IMG/VR virus record: IMGVR_UViG_3300042881_000982
Direction: 5' to 3' (one strand)
DNA length: 64,000 nt
Source of the DNA: an uncultured virus (IMG/VR IMGVR_UViG_3300042881_000982)
Taxonomy: Duplodnaviria > Heunggongvirae > Uroviricota > Caudoviricetes
In this document: in pieces, positions 62,432-64,000 of the stretch
Layout: each line of letters begins with the position of its first letter
How positions within the stretch are numbered: the stretch's first letter is position 1
The notes under the pieces: generated by a model
What the model saw: only the letters and a program-made list of their open reading frames with translations
The model's database searches: none
Told to the model about the DNA's origin: nothing
Made by a program: the position numbers and the translations under genes

Positions 62432-64000
62432 TTACTGTTCCTTTGCTTCTAGGGCTTTTACCTTATCTGTGAGTTCTTTTACAGCCTGAATTAACAAGCC
62501 GATAGTCGCGTTGTAATCGACGGTCTTAATGTCTTCATCACCACCGATTGCCTCTGGCAGAACCGCTTCGATTTCCTGCGCGATGACACCAGCATACCGA
62601 CGCTCTTTGTCGTCCATGTCCGTGCGGGTGTATGTCACACCGCGTATCTGGTCGAGTTTGTCCAGCGCGCTTGGGATTGTTTCGATGTTGGCCTTGAGGC
62701 GGATGTCAGAATAGGCAGTGACGTTGCCGGTTGCAACGCAGTCACCGTTGTCCTGAACGTAGAACATGATGGTAACTGTACCGCTGACGTTCTTAGCAAT
62801 GCCGTAGCGCCAGCCGCTGTTGTCTGAACCGAACTCTTGCCGGATTGAATAGGGCGAACCAGTAGACGGAATAATCCGGCCTCCGCCCCCTCCACCTGCG
62901 GGGGATGATCCAAACGTAACGATATTTAGCGCCGAGGTGCCTGCCGGATCAGTATAGTAGCCAGTGTTGTCGTAATCATAGAAGATAGGTGCGCGCATAT
63001 CCGAGACGGCACGCATACTTGGGTCAAGAGACGCCATGAACGAGCCGTTTTGGATGAGCATCAAGCCATGCGTAGACAGGTTTGCAGCGGGACCACCAGC
63101 ACTTGGATACGAGAACCAGAGACCATACGCGCCAGATAAGCTAGTACCATCTGCGTTGCCTTTGTACGCATCACCTAAAGCCCAAACAAGCTGGTAGCGC
63201 GTTGACGAGTAGGTACCGACAATACCAAGACCGTAGTTATTGAAGGTATGGAAGCCGTCTTGGTTAGAGGTGGTCCAACGAGAAGTGCTGGCCCCGTCAA
63301 AATAGTACGCGGTGTTGTTGCTGTCGTAGAAAATGGGGGCGCGGAACGAGCCGGGGCTTTCGGCGTAATTGGATGCGTAGAGATAAAGCGCGGCATTGTT
63401 GTAGTCATTGCCAGCCCATAAGTAAGACAATCCGTCGCCGCTACCTAGAGCGCCGAAACCGCCCCTAAAGGTATTAGACGAGCCGTAAAACAGTAGTCCA
63501 TTAGACCAGCCACCAGCATCACCTTTAATCTGCACGTTGCCGCCGCTAGTACTAAGAGTGATGTTCCTACCGCCGAGGATTGAAACAGTACCTCCAAGAA
63601 CCGTACCGCTGGCCGGATCGACGTAATACCCAGTGTTGTTGCTGTCGTAGAAAATAGGTGCACGGAAAGAGGTAGAAGCAAACATATTGCCGGATACATC
63701 AATACCGCCAACCGTAGCCCCCGCGCTCTCGGAGTAAAAATGGAAGGACGCAGTATCAACAAGTTGCGATGTCGTTCGCTTACCGACATACCAAGAGGGG
63801 CCAGTAGCGCCGAGATAACGCACCATAGCTTCGCCGCCGTCGGTCGATTGGATTTGGAGGTACTTGTTACCCCCGCCGCTGATGGTAAGATTAAAAAGGT
63901 TAGAAGTACCGGCAAAGTCGCCGTAATACCCAGTGTTAGCTAAGTCGTAGAAGATAGGGGCCTGAATACCGTTGCTATTCATGACCGCCATATTGCTACC
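62432..64000 (-). CDS. Giant tail fibre, C-terminal part with peptidase S74 intramolecular chaperone
   Basis: Frame open to the window edge (..GSN-MAVM..); four (R/Q)APIFYD repeats; TAYSDIRLKANI...GVIAQEIE..LPE...VDY...LLIQAVKEL. Confidence 0.85.
   Translation of the reverse strand, partial: GSNMAVMNSNGIQAPIFYDLANTGYYGDFAGTSNLFNLTISGGGNKYLQIQSTDGGEAMVRYLGATGPSWYVGKRTTSQLVDTASFHFYSESAGATVGGIDVSGNMFASTSFRAPIFYDSNNTGYYVDPASGTVLGGTVSILGGRNITLSTSGGNVQIKGDAGGWSNGLLFYGSSNTFRGGFGALGSGDGLSYLWAGNDYNNAALYLYASNYAESPGSFRAPIFYDSNNTAYYFDGASTSRWTTSNQDGFHTFNNYGLGIVGTYSSTRYQLVWALGDAYKGNADGTSLSGAYGLWFSYPSAGGPAANLSTHGLMLIQNGSFMASLDPSMRAVSDMRAPIFYDYDNTGYYTDPAGTSALNIVTFGSSPAGGGGGGRIIPSTGSPYSIRQEFGSDNSGWRYGIAKNVSGTVTIMFYVQDNGDCVATGNVTAYSDIRLKANIETIPSALDKLDQIRGVTYTRTDMDDKERRYAGVIAQEIEAVLPEAIGGDEDIKTVDYNATIGLLIQAVKELTDKVKALEAKEQ

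Noticed and set aside
62432..64000. Diversity-generating retroelement or shufflon acting on the fibre repeats
   Set aside because: No reverse transcriptase or invertase was seen, there is no adenine-specific TR/VR pair, and the repeats are short, direct and in frame.
1..64000. Prophage/host junction, integrase or stop-codon reassignment
   Set aside because: All genes look phage-like, no recombinase motifs or att context were seen, and ORFs tile densely under the standard bacterial code.

Overview
The window is a near-complete (>64 kb, probably circularly permuted) dsDNA tailed-phage genome with a podovirus-like virion gene set. The host is inferred to be an alphaproteobacterium (GcrA-like gene, TTGAC-N17-(GC)TATA promoters). 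The minus strand carries the late genes. From 18270 down to 1 these are terminase, P22-like portal, GroES-like co-chaperonin, scaffold, Mu-gpT-like major capsid, a cluster of small Lys-rich proteins, adaptors and the start of a giant tail fibre. From 64000 down to 40070 they are the fibre end with an S74 chaperone, a lysis cassette with GH19 endolysin, tail proteins and four internal/ejection proteins, one a 2056-aa polyvalent protein. The plus strand (18730-39983) carries early and replication genes: VWA/metallopeptidase + MoxR-like AAA + DUF3150-like trio, VRR-NUC, PolA (Leu762), methyltransferase, GT-A protein, Cas4-like nuclease, SNF2 helicase, SSB-like protein and primase-helicase. No integrase, tRNA or CRISPR array was seen. 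The main unannotated signal is a predicted ~75-nt sRNA (39997-40071) with its own promoter and terminator. Its seeds are complementary to an extended RBS (AAGGAGCAAAC) shared by about nine early/replication genes, and to the start regions of the primase and SSB-like genes, so it is a candidate multi-target antisense switch. Other notable items are a 7-copy CTTAC-N4-GTAAG palindrome sharing its half-site with origin-like iterons, a double-pseudoknot RNA downstream of the capsid gene, a structured leader RNA at 35001, and a recurrent [MFYL]-x-x-GG motif in virion proteins. All family calls are by eye, with no database search.
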